DNA of 36,269 nt, taken from positions 1-36,269 of the forward strand of contig JAGUZM010000002.1 of NCBI GenBank assembly GCA_020060805.1, read 5' to 3'. The translations under genes were made by a program, and so were the position numbers. Origin of the DNA: Deltaproteobacteria bacterium. GTDB lineage: Bacteria; Desulfobacterota; DSM-4660; Desulfatiglandales; HGW-15. The notes under the pieces are model-generated. The model saw only the letters and a list, made by a program, of their open reading frames with translations, was not told the DNA's origin and ran no database searches. Positions 1 through 9,373 of the stretch are shown here, piece after piece (positions within the stretch are counted from its first letter, which is position 1; each line of letters begins with the position of its first letter).

Positions 1-63
1 GAAGCCAAAGGTGCCGGTGATCTTACGGACCCGGTCAGGACGAACGATGATTTTCTCCATCAT
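1..63 (-). CDS. 5' end of an unidentified gene running off the left edge (partial)
   Basis: Minus-strand ATG-ATG at 63/60 opens the frame MMEKIIVRPDRVRKITGTFGF..., which continues past position 1. It overlaps the 3' end of the 35..571 gene by ~29 nt, suggesting co-transcription. Only 21 codons are visible, so the product is unknown. Confidence 0.3.
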   Translation of the reverse strand, partial: MMEKIIVRPDRVRKITGTFGF

Positions 64-571
64 GGGCTGCGACCTCCTTGGTGGCGCAGCCTAGACCGGA
101 AAAGGGGCGGCAATCTATCGAGTCCTTTTTTGCAAGAAATGGGTAGCCATTTGGAATCAGGAAATATTTGCTGGATATCGCGTCCATCTTTGCAAGCCCC
201 TCTTTGGCGGGAATCAGATGGTAAATGCCTGGAGCTAAAGGATAAAGAAGGCCTGACTCGTCCATCTTTGCAAGATTTTCCCGGCGTCTCTGGTCCCGGC
301 CTCTCTGCAGGAGCCGATTACGCTGTACGTACTCAGGATGATTTGATCGGTACCTCCGAGAGTAGTCCCGGTTCTGCTCCCTCCAGCACTGACGGCTTTC
401 CAACTGGTCCAAGCGGTAGTCCCGGTCCTTCTCCATTTTCTCTCGCTGCCAGCGCCGCTTCCTCAGTCGCTGGCATTCTCTCCTGCTGCAATAGCGTTGA
501 CTCTTTACCCGGGGGTCGGGAAGAAAAAGTCTGCGGCACCTCGGGTTGGCACACCGGATCTTCGGGGTCAT
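35..571 (-). CDS. hypothetical zinc-ribbon-like, Arg/Gln-rich protein with LAKMD repeats
   Basis: From track ORF 35..616. The preferred start is ATG 571 (M16), preceded by GGAGAGAGG. It has a Cx4C-x15-Cx4C motif (RCANPRC...YCSRREC), then a strongly basic R/Q/E helix-like stretch. Three LAKMD/LAKKD repeats are encoded by repeated CGTCCATCTTTGCAAG DNA. No family recognised. Confidence 0.55.
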   Translation of the reverse strand: MTPKIRCANPRCRRLFLPDPRVKSQRYCSRRECQRLRKRRWQREKMEKDRDYRLDQLESRQCWREQNRDYSRRYRSNHPEYVQRNRLLQRGRDQRRRENLAKMDESGLLYPLAPGIYHLIPAKEGLAKMDAISSKYFLIPNGYPFLAKKDSIDCRPFSGLGCATKEVAAHDGENHRSS

Positions 572-695
572 GGTCCTCTCTCCAGGGGAAAACCACGACC
601 CTAATCCGACTCTCAACTTGGGGGAAGAACAAGAATCAGATCCAAAGAAGACCGATCTTCAACTCTGAAGGGAAGAAGAGGGAAGAATATCCAGG

Positions 696-762
696 TGGGG
701 ATTTTCTGGCCGACCGACCATGGGTACTTTCTCGCCGGCCAAAACTGGGGACTTTTTCGCCG
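696..762 (+). repeat. three imperfect 17-bp direct repeats in exact 25-bp register (TGGGGAYTTTYTSGCCG-like)
   Basis: tggggattttctggccg (696-712), tgggtactttctcgccg (721-737) and tggggactttttcgccg (746-762). They lie in the intergenic space between the zinc-ribbon gene and the IS200-type element. Confidence 0.6.
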
Positions 763-789
763 CCGTTAATACCCCCAAATGGGTGGACG

Positions 790-1330
790 ATTTAGTGTCC
801 CTTTCGGGGATGGTGGAAACCCCTCGCCTTCAGGCGAAGAAAAGTTATAAATTGTCGCCATGCGACTTTATAAGCTTTGCGCCCATACTAAAACAGATTT
901 GAAGGTCCACCTGATCTGGATTCCCAAGTACCGGAAACGCGTACTGACGGGGCAGGTTGCCATCAGGACTCGTGATTTACTCCGTCAGATCGCATTGGAG
1001 CATGAGATCGACATCATCACTGGGAAGGTATCCAGTGACCACGTTCACATGTTCATCTCGTATCCCCCGACTCAGAATGTGATCAAGATCATGCAGTGGC
1101 TCAAGGGTATAAGCTCGAGGGTATTGCTCTCTGAATTCTCCCACCTTCGCAAGCAGTTCTGGGGTCGGCACTTGTGGGCTCGCGGTTATCTTGCCGTAAG
1201 CTCCGGAAATATCACAGACGAGATGATCCACCAGTACATTCAGGAACAAGAGGGCGAGCCAATGGCTGATGATAGTCGATTTCAAATCGACCCCTCTTGA
1301 ACCCCTCGTCTTCTAGACGAGGGTCGTTCA
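790..1330 (+). mobile_element. IS200/IS605-family element (tnpA only); ends approximate
   Basis: A Y1-transposase gene flanked by small hairpins: tcgcc-ttca-ggcga at 824-837 upstream, and ccctcgtc-ttcta-gacgaggg at ~1303-1323 immediately downstream. Exact ends cannot be set from one copy. Confidence 0.55.
860..1300 (+). CDS. tnpA: IS200/IS605-family Y1 (HUH) transposase TnpA
   Basis: 146 aa. Carries HLIWIPKYRKRVL, the HUH motif in SDHVHMFISYPP, and the catalytic-Tyr region FWGRHLWARGYLAVSSG. This is the typical IS200 TnpA size and motif order. Confidence 0.9.
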   Translation: MRLYKLCAHTKTDLKVHLIWIPKYRKRVLTGQVAIRTRDLLRQIALEHEIDIITGKVSSDHVHMFISYPPTQNVIKIMQWLKGISSRVLLSEFSHLRKQFWGRHLWARGYLAVSSGNITDEMIHQYIQEQEGEPMADDSRFQIDPS

Positions 1331-1350
1331 GTCCGGAAGGAGTGGACGAA

Positions 1351-1860
1351 ATGGGCCGGAATACGCAAACTTATTCTCCATTTTCAGAAGAGGACATTTC
1401 AATGGTAAAAAACGAATTAGTGGGCGTCTGGAAACTTGTTGCATCGGAATTTAGGCGCTCAGATGGGAGCACAGTATACCCTTATGGCAGCGGCGCCATC
1501 GGGATGCTTATCTATGACGAGAATGGGCATATGTCTGCCCAAATTATGAATCCAGACCGTCCACTTTTTGTTTCAGGCAACATGCGGAAGGGGACACCCG
1601 AGGAAATCAAAGCAGCTTTTGATGGGTACACTGCCTATTTTGGTAACTATAAGGTGGATCAGCAAGAGAGTACCGTTACTCATCGCATAAGCGGAAGCCA
1701 CTTCCCTAACTGGGTAGGCCAAGACCAGAAAAGGATTTTCGAGATCTCCGGCAATCGCTTGACACTGAAAACCCCGCCCATACCGGCAGGTAACTCTATG
1801 GTCATTGGAATTTTTATTTGGGAGCGAGAAGTAAGTGGTGATGACCATCATAACGAATAG
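1351..1860 (+). CDS. lipocalin-like domain protein
   Basis: From track ORF 1297..1860. The first 18 codons overlap the IS200 downstream hairpin, so the start is moved to ATG 1351 (GGAAGGAG upstream); ATG 1402 is also possible. LVGVWKLVASEF..DGSTVYPYGSGAIGMLIYDENGHMSAQI matches the bacterial lipocalin-like domain pattern. Confidence 0.7.
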   Translation: MGRNTQTYSPFSEEDISMVKNELVGVWKLVASEFRRSDGSTVYPYGSGAIGMLIYDENGHMSAQIMNPDRPLFVSGNMRKGTPEEIKAAFDGYTAYFGNYKVDQQESTVTHRISGSHFPNWVGQDQKRIFEISGNRLTLKTPPIPAGNSMVIGIFIWEREVSGDDHHNE

Positions 1861-2032
1861 TGGGGGAACTCGATAAAGCTGTGGAAGGATCAATGACAGC
1901 ATGCGAGCAACTCAGGGAAGGAATCCCAGAATACAACCACAGCTTAATAACAGAAAGATTACCCCTGCCACAATTCAGCATTTTAGCAGGACAGTTATCA
2001 TATGGAAATCATGAGCAGTGGGCGGCCAGACA

Positions 2033-3793
2033 TTAAGGAAGATTTCTCGCCGGCCACAGGACTTCATCCCTTCTTATATCCACGACGCCTTTGCGGTTGA
2101 TTCTGACCTCAGGGAGGAAGTCGTTGGGGAGGAAGATGAAGGAATAGAGTGGATCGTGAAAAGGATAGCCCCTGGCTGTGAGGAATTCCTTTAGGGTCGT
2201 GTCCATTTCAGCCAATTCTTTCAGGGGACGCTCGGACATCATTCCTCCCAGGGGCAGAGAGAATTCGAATGCTACCCTTCCCTCTTCGACTGCAACGATC
2301 CCGCCACCGATTTCCAGCGCCCTGTTGACAGCAAAGGCCATGGCTTCCGGACTGCGGCCCATTGTAATGATCTCCATTGCAGTATTGAAGGTGGAGGCGA
2401 TTCCTTCCGCCCTGTGAGCATAGTTCTGGAGGATTCCATTTGCCACCCATCTCCCATGTCTGTTCAAGGTGGCAACCCTGCAGAAATCGTCCCTCGACGA
2501 GACATCCACGCACCCATGGCGTATGGGAAATTCCACCTGTTCCACACGCGTGATCACTGGATTCGTCAACCTGATTACCGGGAATTGAACCGACTGCCCA
2601 TTACCTTTTTCCCTGCAGGGAATTTCAAAACAATCCGACTTTGCAGCCCAGTTTTTTTCGATCCGTGCAGCAGGGGTAGAGAAGAATCGTTTGAGGGTCA
2701 TGTCCGGGAAGGGTTGGGTGAGAACACTCTTTTCCGCGACGATCCTCCCCTTGGAAATTACAGTCTCAGGTGTGGGATGGTGAAGGTCGCTCAAGACGAG
2801 GATATCCGCATCCCTGCCCGGCGCGATTCCGCCGAGCCGGTGTTCGAGGCCGAAATAGGTCGCCGAATTGAGCGTGGCCATCCGATAAGCCTCAACTGGA
2901 TCGATCCCCTCTTCCATGGCCATACCGATAAGCCGATCCACCATCCCTGATCGATATTGGAATTCCGGGGTGGAGCTGTCAGTGGTCAACATGACACGCC
3001 TGGCTGTGGACGGGTTTTCCCTCACCATCTTCAGGAGTTCCCGAAGGTCAGGCCGCAGAGAGCTCTCCCTGAGCATGACATGGAGCCCCAGCCTCAACCT
3101 GTCGAGCGCCTCTTTTGCGCTGATGCTTTCATGGCACGACTCCACCCCCGTCCGGGAGATGACGCCAAGATAATCAAGGTTTGCACCGGCTGTGTGGCCG
3201 TCGATCCGTTTTCGAATACCACGCGCGAAACGCATGCACTCCAAGATCTTAGGGTTTTCGTGGATCAGTTCCTTCCACCTGGTGATCTCCCCGATGGAGA
3301 GCGCAAGCGGATGTTGGAGCACCCTCTTGATATTCGCTGCCGAGAAAACCTCTTCCTCCCCTTCCATAGGCGTCTGGGGGATCACCCTGATAAACCAGAA
3401 GTACTTGATGGGCATGGCCGAAAGGGATTCCATGAATTCCTCGAACAGCCCTGCGCCCATGAACATATAGAAAAAGAGATCGTCGCAGACGAGAGTGGTC
3501 GTGCCTAGCCTGCAGGCCTCCTCCCCGAAAGAAACCGGATTGTAGATGTTCCAGGGGTGGCAGTGGGGCTCCACATAACCTGGAACCAGCAGCTTACCCG
3601 ACACATCCAGCCGCAGTGTCCCCTCCCCTTGCTCCTTTAATCGGGTCCCCACGTACCAGATCTTCTCTCCCTTGACCGCTACGCTGGATTCGAGAATTTC
3701 CCCCGAATACATATTGAGAACTTTCCCGCCTTCAAGAATCAGGTCCGCTTGCTCCTGCTGCCAGGTTCTAGGCTGCTCTTCGTTGTTTGCCAT
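2033..3793 (-). CDS. adenine deaminase-like amidohydrolase (amidohydrolase superfamily with adenine-deaminase C-terminal-type domain)
   Basis: From track ORF 2033..3871. Start moved to ATG 3793 (MANNEEQ..., AAGGA upstream). Has the metal-binding HxH in GYVEPHCHPW and a length (~586 aa) typical of Ade-like proteins. It is the last gene of the minus-strand operon. Confidence 0.75.
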   Translation of the reverse strand: MANNEEQPRTWQQEQADLILEGGKVLNMYSGEILESSVAVKGEKIWYVGTRLKEQGEGTLRLDVSGKLLVPGYVEPHCHPWNIYNPVSFGEEACRLGTTTLVCDDLFFYMFMGAGLFEEFMESLSAMPIKYFWFIRVIPQTPMEGEEEVFSAANIKRVLQHPLALSIGEITRWKELIHENPKILECMRFARGIRKRIDGHTAGANLDYLGVISRTGVESCHESISAKEALDRLRLGLHVMLRESSLRPDLRELLKMVRENPSTARRVMLTTDSSTPEFQYRSGMVDRLIGMAMEEGIDPVEAYRMATLNSATYFGLEHRLGGIAPGRDADILVLSDLHHPTPETVISKGRIVAEKSVLTQPFPDMTLKRFFSTPAARIEKNWAAKSDCFEIPCREKGNGQSVQFPVIRLTNPVITRVEQVEFPIRHGCVDVSSRDDFCRVATLNRHGRWVANGILQNYAHRAEGIASTFNTAMEIITMGRSPEAMAFAVNRALEIGGGIVAVEEGRVAFEFSLPLGGMMSERPLKELAEMDTTLKEFLTARGYPFHDPLYSFIFLPNDFLPEVRINRKGVVDIRRDEVLWPARNLP

Positions 3794-3963
3794 CAATCCT
3801 TGCCCAATAGATGTTCTCGGATCGTCCCTCCAGTAACCTTTTCCAGTTTCGGACGCAGATATGTGCGGCATTAAGGGTGTAGAAACGAAAAACAGACTAA
3901 AGGATTTTCCTGTGGGGCGTGCATTCTTTCTTCCAAACTCAGCTCGGGTTAATCATTATGTGT

Positions 3964-5091
3964 TTAGTGGCGAAGGCTCGCTATTTCGTCGACAAGATTG
4001 CTGACCTGAGCTTGCGAGGGATCTAAAAACAGGCCCAGAGCCTTAGCATCTCGATAAAACCTTTCAATAATGCTCTCCGTCATATATCCATAGCCGCCGT
4101 GGATCTGAATAGCGTGATTGGTAACGTCGTATGCAGTTTTTGAACCCATCATTTTAGATATGAGAATACACCTTTTATCCGGAATTCCCTGATCCACTGA
4201 TACTGCAGCTTTATATACAACCAGTCTCGTCATCTCAACTTCCATGCACATATTGGCCAGTTTATTTTTTATAGCATCAAAAGAAATGATCGTTTTTCCG
4301 AATTGGCTTCTCTTCTTACTGTAATCTAAGGCCCTATCGAGGGCGCCCTGTGCAATTCCAACTGCCATCGCTCCCATCTCAATCCTTGCACAATCTAGGA
4401 ACTCCCCCAATTCATGCCCCTTATCCTCCTTTCCGATCAACTCCTTCGTGGATACGACCACATTGTTCAACAAGACGTTATTGGAAGGGATCATCCGCAT
4501 TCCTAGCTTTTCCTTTTTTGGTTCGACGTGGACCCCATTAATGTTCTTATCGACTGCGAAAGCAGCTTGCATGTTCGATTCAGTTCCGCAGATAACTACA
4601 ATGTAATCCGCAAGCTCGCCCATGCTTACAAACAACTTCCTTCCATTAAGTGTATACTGATCACCGGATTTGGTAGCTCTTGTGCTGAAGGACCGAATAC
4701 ACTGCCCTTCTTCTTGAAATCCGATAGTTATAACTCCACCCTTTTCAGCAACTAAAGCAAGCATTTTCTCTTTTTGACTTTCTTCTCCATACCTCACAAT
4801 TATGTCAGACCCGAAATCTGAAAAAGCAAGTGCCGTACCGATCCCAGAATCCTTCCGACAGAAAGCTTCAGTGATCAGTGCGTTCTCAACTAGCCCCAAC
4901 CCCTGTCCGCCACAACATTCGGGAAAATGAACACCCACAAACCCGAGCGCGCAAGCCTTCTTAAGAATTAATGAAGGGAACCGCTGCCCCTGATCATACT
5001 CGAAGGCGAGATCAGCATCGAACTCACCTTCGGCAAACTCCCTGGCTGCTTTTTGAATATCAACTTGCTCTTTGCTGAGCCTAAAATCCAT
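3964..5091 (-). CDS. acyl-CoA dehydrogenase family protein (ACAD-1)
   Basis: MDFRLSKEQ... start at 5091 (GGGGGAAAG upstream). Shows ACAD N/M/C domain motifs and C-terminal QIHGGYGYMTE..RFYRDAK. The canonical YEG catalytic motif reads FLD here. Confidence 0.9.
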   Translation of the reverse strand: MDFRLSKEQVDIQKAAREFAEGEFDADLAFEYDQGQRFPSLILKKACALGFVGVHFPECCGGQGLGLVENALITEAFCRKDSGIGTALAFSDFGSDIIVRYGEESQKEKMLALVAEKGGVITIGFQEEGQCIRSFSTRATKSGDQYTLNGRKLFVSMGELADYIVVICGTESNMQAAFAVDKNINGVHVEPKKEKLGMRMIPSNNVLLNNVVVSTKELIGKEDKGHELGEFLDCARIEMGAMAVGIAQGALDRALDYSKKRSQFGKTIISFDAIKNKLANMCMEVEMTRLVVYKAAVSVDQGIPDKRCILISKMMGSKTAYDVTNHAIQIHGGYGYMTESIIERFYRDAKALGLFLDPSQAQVSNLVDEIASLRH

Positions 5092-5168
5092 TCTTTCCCC
5101 CATTACCAACTAATCTTTACCTCGGTAAACGAAATCAGGAATTTTACAGCTGTATTATGCACCACGTC

Positions 5169-6776
5169 TTATGATGACGTCTCTGCTGGAAGATATTTTG
5201 CCGAAAACCTTCCATTGACCCCATCGTACGACAGACATGAGTTCTTTCGCCAGTTAATATCATCCTGGACCGGAAAGTCACTTCGATAGAATGATCCGCG
5301 ACTTTCTTTTCTTGAAATACTGGCACTTAGAACTGCCTTAAGTACGAAGACCGCACTGAGCAGATTCTCTGTCGCAATTCGATCGGCGTATATTGGACTT
5401 ACCTTGGTCAGAGAACGTTCAATCTCAGACACTTCAAACAGTCCTTCCTCCAGCTCCCTCCCGGATCTTACAACACCAGCGTACTTCCAGCATGCTCCTT
5501 TGATCGCTTCCATTCCCCTTTTCAAAAATCCACGATCACAATTCGCCAGACCATCGGCCTTTTCCCTGCAATTACTTTCCGGTATGTGAGGGGTCCTTTT
5601 ACCTGCCGCGAATTCCGCGGCATTACGACCCGCAATTCTCCCGAAGACCACACATTCGGTCAGAGAATTCCCTGCCATCCTATTCGCACCGTGAAGTCCT
5701 CCCACCACCTCACCACAAGCAAATAGACCAGAGAGAGATGTCTTAGCCTCCCGGTCTATTCGCACACCTCCCATGAAAAAGTGACTGGCCGGGGAGACCT
5801 CAAAAGGCTTTTTGTGGAAGTCAAAGTTGAGCTTTCTAAAAATACTCAGCGGATACTTTTTCCACACCCTTTCAGGGACTCTCCGGTAGTCCATGTAAAC
5901 TGGTGACTTTAAGCATTCCTCGTACAACAATATAGAAAACCTGTCTCTTAGGGTCAAAATGGCATCATTAAAGTCATCTATTCCGTGCTTTTTCCCTATG
6001 TTCTCGCCCAACTTGTTAATCAGGATCCCTTCAGAAGGATAAGGAGGATAAAGCAAAAGTGACGGTAATCCCGGATCGGATATCACAAGAGGAAAAAACT
6101 GCACAAATTCCATATCAAAAAGATCAACACCCGCCTTTCCTGCCAGATAATATCCCTGGCCCACAATGCTCTTCTGATTGTCGCTTCTTGAATAGACTGC
6201 CCCGGCTCCACCTGTCGCTAAGACGACAGCAGGAGCGAGAAAAACCACTTCGTTTCCTTTCTTGTCATACCCCCTGACTCCATACGCCCCGTCCGCGTTC
6301 TTTAGAATCTCTCGGACATATACACCCCCCGATGTATCCACCTTTTTGCATTTTTTTAAGGCACGAACCAAACATTTCACCAGGGCTATCCCCGGTATAA
6401 CATCAGGGTCCCTGGGCTTTACACCAAAGCCCAACTGGTCTTCAACCAGCCTAATGCCCAAGCCCCGCAAAAAAGAGAAGCCATCGGGCGCTTCGTCCGC
6501 GACTATTTTCACCATCCACTCAAGATTGATGCCTCTTCCCGAACATAACGTATCAATTATGTAGCATTCACCATCACGCTTCGGGCACGGGCCGGCAAAA
6601 TAAGCATTCGACAAACTTGAGTTGGTACCGCTCCCAGGTAATCCCTTTTCGACTATGACGACTTCAGCACCAGATCTTTCCGCCTCTATGGCTGCAACCA
6701 TGCCAGCGCAACCAGCGCCTACCACTATGACGTCCTTTCTAATCACCACAGCAGCCTCCAATTCGTGCTCTAACAC
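5169..6776 (-). CDS. FAD-dependent oxidoreductase, fumarate reductase/succinate dehydrogenase flavoprotein / L-aspartate oxidase family
   Basis: Has the dinucleotide-binding VIVVGAGCAGMVAAIEAERSGAEVVIVEKG, the FAD motif FACGEVVGGLHGANRMAGNSL, and a C-terminal RKESRGSFYRSDFP typical of the flavoprotein C-domain. Confidence 0.85.
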   Translation of the reverse strand: MLEHELEAAVVIRKDVIVVGAGCAGMVAAIEAERSGAEVVIVEKGLPGSGTNSSLSNAYFAGPCPKRDGECYIIDTLCSGRGINLEWMVKIVADEAPDGFSFLRGLGIRLVEDQLGFGVKPRDPDVIPGIALVKCLVRALKKCKKVDTSGGVYVREILKNADGAYGVRGYDKKGNEVVFLAPAVVLATGGAGAVYSRSDNQKSIVGQGYYLAGKAGVDLFDMEFVQFFPLVISDPGLPSLLLYPPYPSEGILINKLGENIGKKHGIDDFNDAILTLRDRFSILLYEECLKSPVYMDYRRVPERVWKKYPLSIFRKLNFDFHKKPFEVSPASHFFMGGVRIDREAKTSLSGLFACGEVVGGLHGANRMAGNSLTECVVFGRIAGRNAAEFAAGKRTPHIPESNCREKADGLANCDRGFLKRGMEAIKGACWKYAGVVRSGRELEEGLFEVSEIERSLTKVSPIYADRIATENLLSAVFVLKAVLSASISRKESRGSFYRSDFPVQDDINWRKNSCLSYDGVNGRFSAKYLPAETSS

Positions 6777-6815
6777 CCCCGAGCAAGACAGCTTTCCTTC
6801 TTCCCTGATCTTGCA

Positions 6816-7523
6816 TTATTTTCCCAAGTAAGCTTCCTTGACACGCTGATCCTCCCGTATTATCTCCGACTTTCCTTGAAGAACGATCTCACCGGTCTCG
6901 ATTACATAAGCAATATTGGAAATTTTTAGGGCCATATTCGCATTCTGCTCGACCAAGAGTATGGCCGTGCCATTCTCATGAACTTTTGTAACTATTTTCC
7001 CTATTTCAAGAACGACCAGAGGCGCTAGCCCCAGAGAAGGCTCATCTAAAAGAAGTAGCCTGGGTTTAGCCATTAGCCCTCTTGCAACCGCGAGCATTTG
7101 CTGCTCACCGCCGCTCATACTTCCTCCCTTTTGACTGCTCCTTTGCGATAATATTGGGAACATACTCAACATTTTTTCAAAATCCCTTATAACTTCGAAT
7201 TTGTCCTTCCGAGTGTATGCTCCCATGTTCAAGTTTTCTTTTACAGTCAGGTCAGGAAAAATCCTTCTACCTTCAGGGACGTGCACGATACCTCTTTCAA
7301 CACGGGAAACTACAGAAAGGTTCTCTATTTGCTCTCCTCCATAATATATCTGCCCACTGCTTGGGCGGACCAATCCGCTGATCGTCTTAATAGTGGTGGA
7401 TTTTCCTGCCCCATTTCCACCGATCATGGTGACGACCATCGCATCATTAACTCTCATTGAAATATTCCTAAGCGCATGAATCATTCCATAATATACATTT
7501 ACATCTCTGAGCTCGAGCAGCAC
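6816..7523 (-). CDS. livF: branched-chain amino acid-type ABC transporter ATP-binding protein (LivF-like)
   Basis: Walker A GGNGAGKST, signature MSGGEQQ and Walker B LLLLDEPS. GTG start with AAGGGGG upstream. Confidence 0.9.
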   Translation of the reverse strand: MLLELRDVNVYYGMIHALRNISMRVNDAMVVTMIGGNGAGKSTTIKTISGLVRPSSGQIYYGGEQIENLSVVSRVERGIVHVPEGRRIFPDLTVKENLNMGAYTRKDKFEVIRDFEKMLSMFPILSQRSSQKGGSMSGGEQQMLAVARGLMAKPRLLLLDEPSLGLAPLVVLEIGKIVTKVHENGTAILLVEQNANMALKISNIAYVIETGEIVLQGKSEIIREDQRVKEAYLGK

Positions 7524-7541
7524 TTGTGCCCCCTTATCAAA

Positions 7542-8306
7542 TCACTCATCTTTGCCAAGGTAGCATTCAATAACTTTTGGATCGTTCCTTATCAGGCTTG
7601 GCGGGCCTTCAGCAATTTTCCTCCCAAAATTAAGAACCACTAGTCTATCAGAGAGACCCATCACAGATTTCATGTCGTGTTCAACGAGAAGAATTGTGAC
7701 ACTGTCCTTTTGTCGGATGTCTCTGATAAGATCAATAGTTTGCTCCTTCTCCTTAGGGTTCATACCGCACAAAGGTTCGTCAAGCATCATAAAGCTTGGG
7801 CGTACTGACCTCGCAATGCCGAGAGACAGAAGTCTTTGATACCCATAAGGCAAACTCCCGGCCATCTGATCCTTCATACGAAGCATATCGAGGCTTTCAA
7901 GTATTTCGATAGCCTTCGCCTCCATCTTCCTTCGACTTTTTTTTGCACCGGGAGTATCGAACAACTCAGGCAATAATCCGATCTTTGAAAACATGGAACT
8001 CCCTGCGATGACGTTTTCAAGAACACTCTGTTTATCGAAAAGTGCGGTGATCTGGAAGACCCTGGATATGCCTTTGAAAATAATTTCGTGGGTGTTAAGT
8101 CCAGTTATATCCTGCCCATCAAATATCACGCTTCCCTGAGTCGGTTTGTGCACACCGGTAACAACGTTAAACAGCGTTGTCTTTCCTGATCCATTAGGAC
8201 CAATTAAACCGACAATTTCTCCTTTTTCAATGGACATTGAAACATCACTGAGGGCAGTTAACCCTCCAAATCTCTTGGTTATACTATTTATCTGGACCAG
8301 TTTCAT
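7542..8306 (-). CDS. livG: branched-chain amino acid-type ABC transporter ATP-binding protein (LivG-like)
   Basis: Walker A GPNGSGKTT, signature LPYGYQR and Walker B MMLDEP. The track ORF extends to a GTG at 8345; ATG 8306 (MKLVQINSITKRFGG) fits the conserved N-terminus better. Start uncertain. Confidence 0.88.
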   Translation of the reverse strand: MKLVQINSITKRFGGLTALSDVSMSIEKGEIVGLIGPNGSGKTTLFNVVTGVHKPTQGSVIFDGQDITGLNTHEIIFKGISRVFQITALFDKQSVLENVIAGSSMFSKIGLLPELFDTPGAKKSRRKMEAKAIEILESLDMLRMKDQMAGSLPYGYQRLLSLGIARSVRPSFMMLDEPLCGMNPKEKEQTIDLIRDIRQKDSVTILLVEHDMKSVMGLSDRLVVLNFGRKIAEGPPSLIRNDPKVIECYLGKDE

Positions 8307-8368
8307 TCCCGTGGCTCTCCCAAACTTTTCCAAGTTACATTTCACCTCCGAAATAGAAGAGAACAGCC

Positions 8369-9337
8369 TCAGGCGCTATTCGGGCGATGCGGTGCCTTTA
8401 TGGAATCTCTCTTCATACCTAATCTCTTTTTTATTTTCACTGGTAAGTCAACCAGTCCTTCTGGTAAGTATAGGACCACAAGAATAAGAATGAAACCGAA
8501 GACCATTGGCTCTAGGTTACTAGCAACACGCATAATTTCAGGAATGCTTTTCAGAACCACTGTCCCAACAATTGCACCGGCGACCGGATGCCCTAACCCT
8601 CCAGTAATCCCATATATCTGGACGAATAATGAGTCCCACATGCTGGAAATGCCAGGGTGGATGTACTTTGAATAGGGTGCGTAAAACCCTCCGACGAAAG
8701 CTGCCATAAAACTTGATATGCAAACTGCAATTAATTTGTACTTGAATGGATTGATACCTATGTGCCTCGCGAGAACCTCATTGTCACGTATTAATCTGAG
8801 GGTTATACCGAATTGACTTTTTGTAATCCTTTTGACCAAAATCACGGAGAAAGTGACTATAACCAGTCCCAGATAATAATAGTGCAATCTTGTCGTAAAA
8901 TCTATCGGCCCCAATCCAACGGGTTTCGGAATGTCAGGTATCCCAGTATGCCCTCCCAGCATACTTTCCCACGTCCCCGCAACCTCGGCTACGATAGCAG
9001 AAAAACATAGCGTCATAATTGCGAAGAATAGACCCCGGGTTCTCAAAATAGGACTGAATGCTACAGCAGTAATTCCCGTTGTCGCAAAAGCTGCAAGCGG
9101 CAAAGCAAGCCAATATGACATTCCAGCTTTCATAACAAGGACGGTACAAAAGTACGCTCCGATCCCGAAAAAAGCACATTGTCCCAAGCTTAAAAGTCCA
9201 ACCTGCACGATGAGCATAAAACTTAGCGTCAGGACGATATAGATAAAAATGCTTATGAACAACCCTAAATAATATCCATCCTGAGTGGTAGTCGGCAATA
9301 GCGCTGGTATGATTATCAACAGCAAACGCCTATCCAT
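8369..9337 (-). CDS. livM: branched-chain amino acid-type ABC transporter permease (LivM-like)
   Basis: 322-aa polytopic membrane protein placed between the LivH-like and LivG-like genes. Hydrophobic repeat pattern is typical of LivM. Confidence 0.88.
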   Translation of the reverse strand: MDRRLLLIIIPALLPTTTQDGYYLGLFISIFIYIVLTLSFMLIVQVGLLSLGQCAFFGIGAYFCTVLVMKAGMSYWLALPLAAFATTGITAVAFSPILRTRGLFFAIMTLCFSAIVAEVAGTWESMLGGHTGIPDIPKPVGLGPIDFTTRLHYYYLGLVIVTFSVILVKRITKSQFGITLRLIRDNEVLARHIGINPFKYKLIAVCISSFMAAFVGGFYAPYSKYIHPGISSMWDSLFVQIYGITGGLGHPVAGAIVGTVVLKSIPEIMRVASNLEPMVFGFILILVVLYLPEGLVDLPVKIKKRLGMKRDSIKAPHRPNSA

Positions 9338-9373
9338 TTCGCCTCCGTAAAAGGAACATGCCTCTCCATCCGA

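Noticed and set aside
130-795. 221-aa plus-strand ORF (and 333..632 minus ORF) overlapping the zinc-ribbon gene
   Set aside because: It is antisense or out of frame to a better-supported gene with an RBS and cysteine motifs. The product is low-complexity Ser/Pro/Gly-rich, typical of shadow ORFs in GC-rich DNA.
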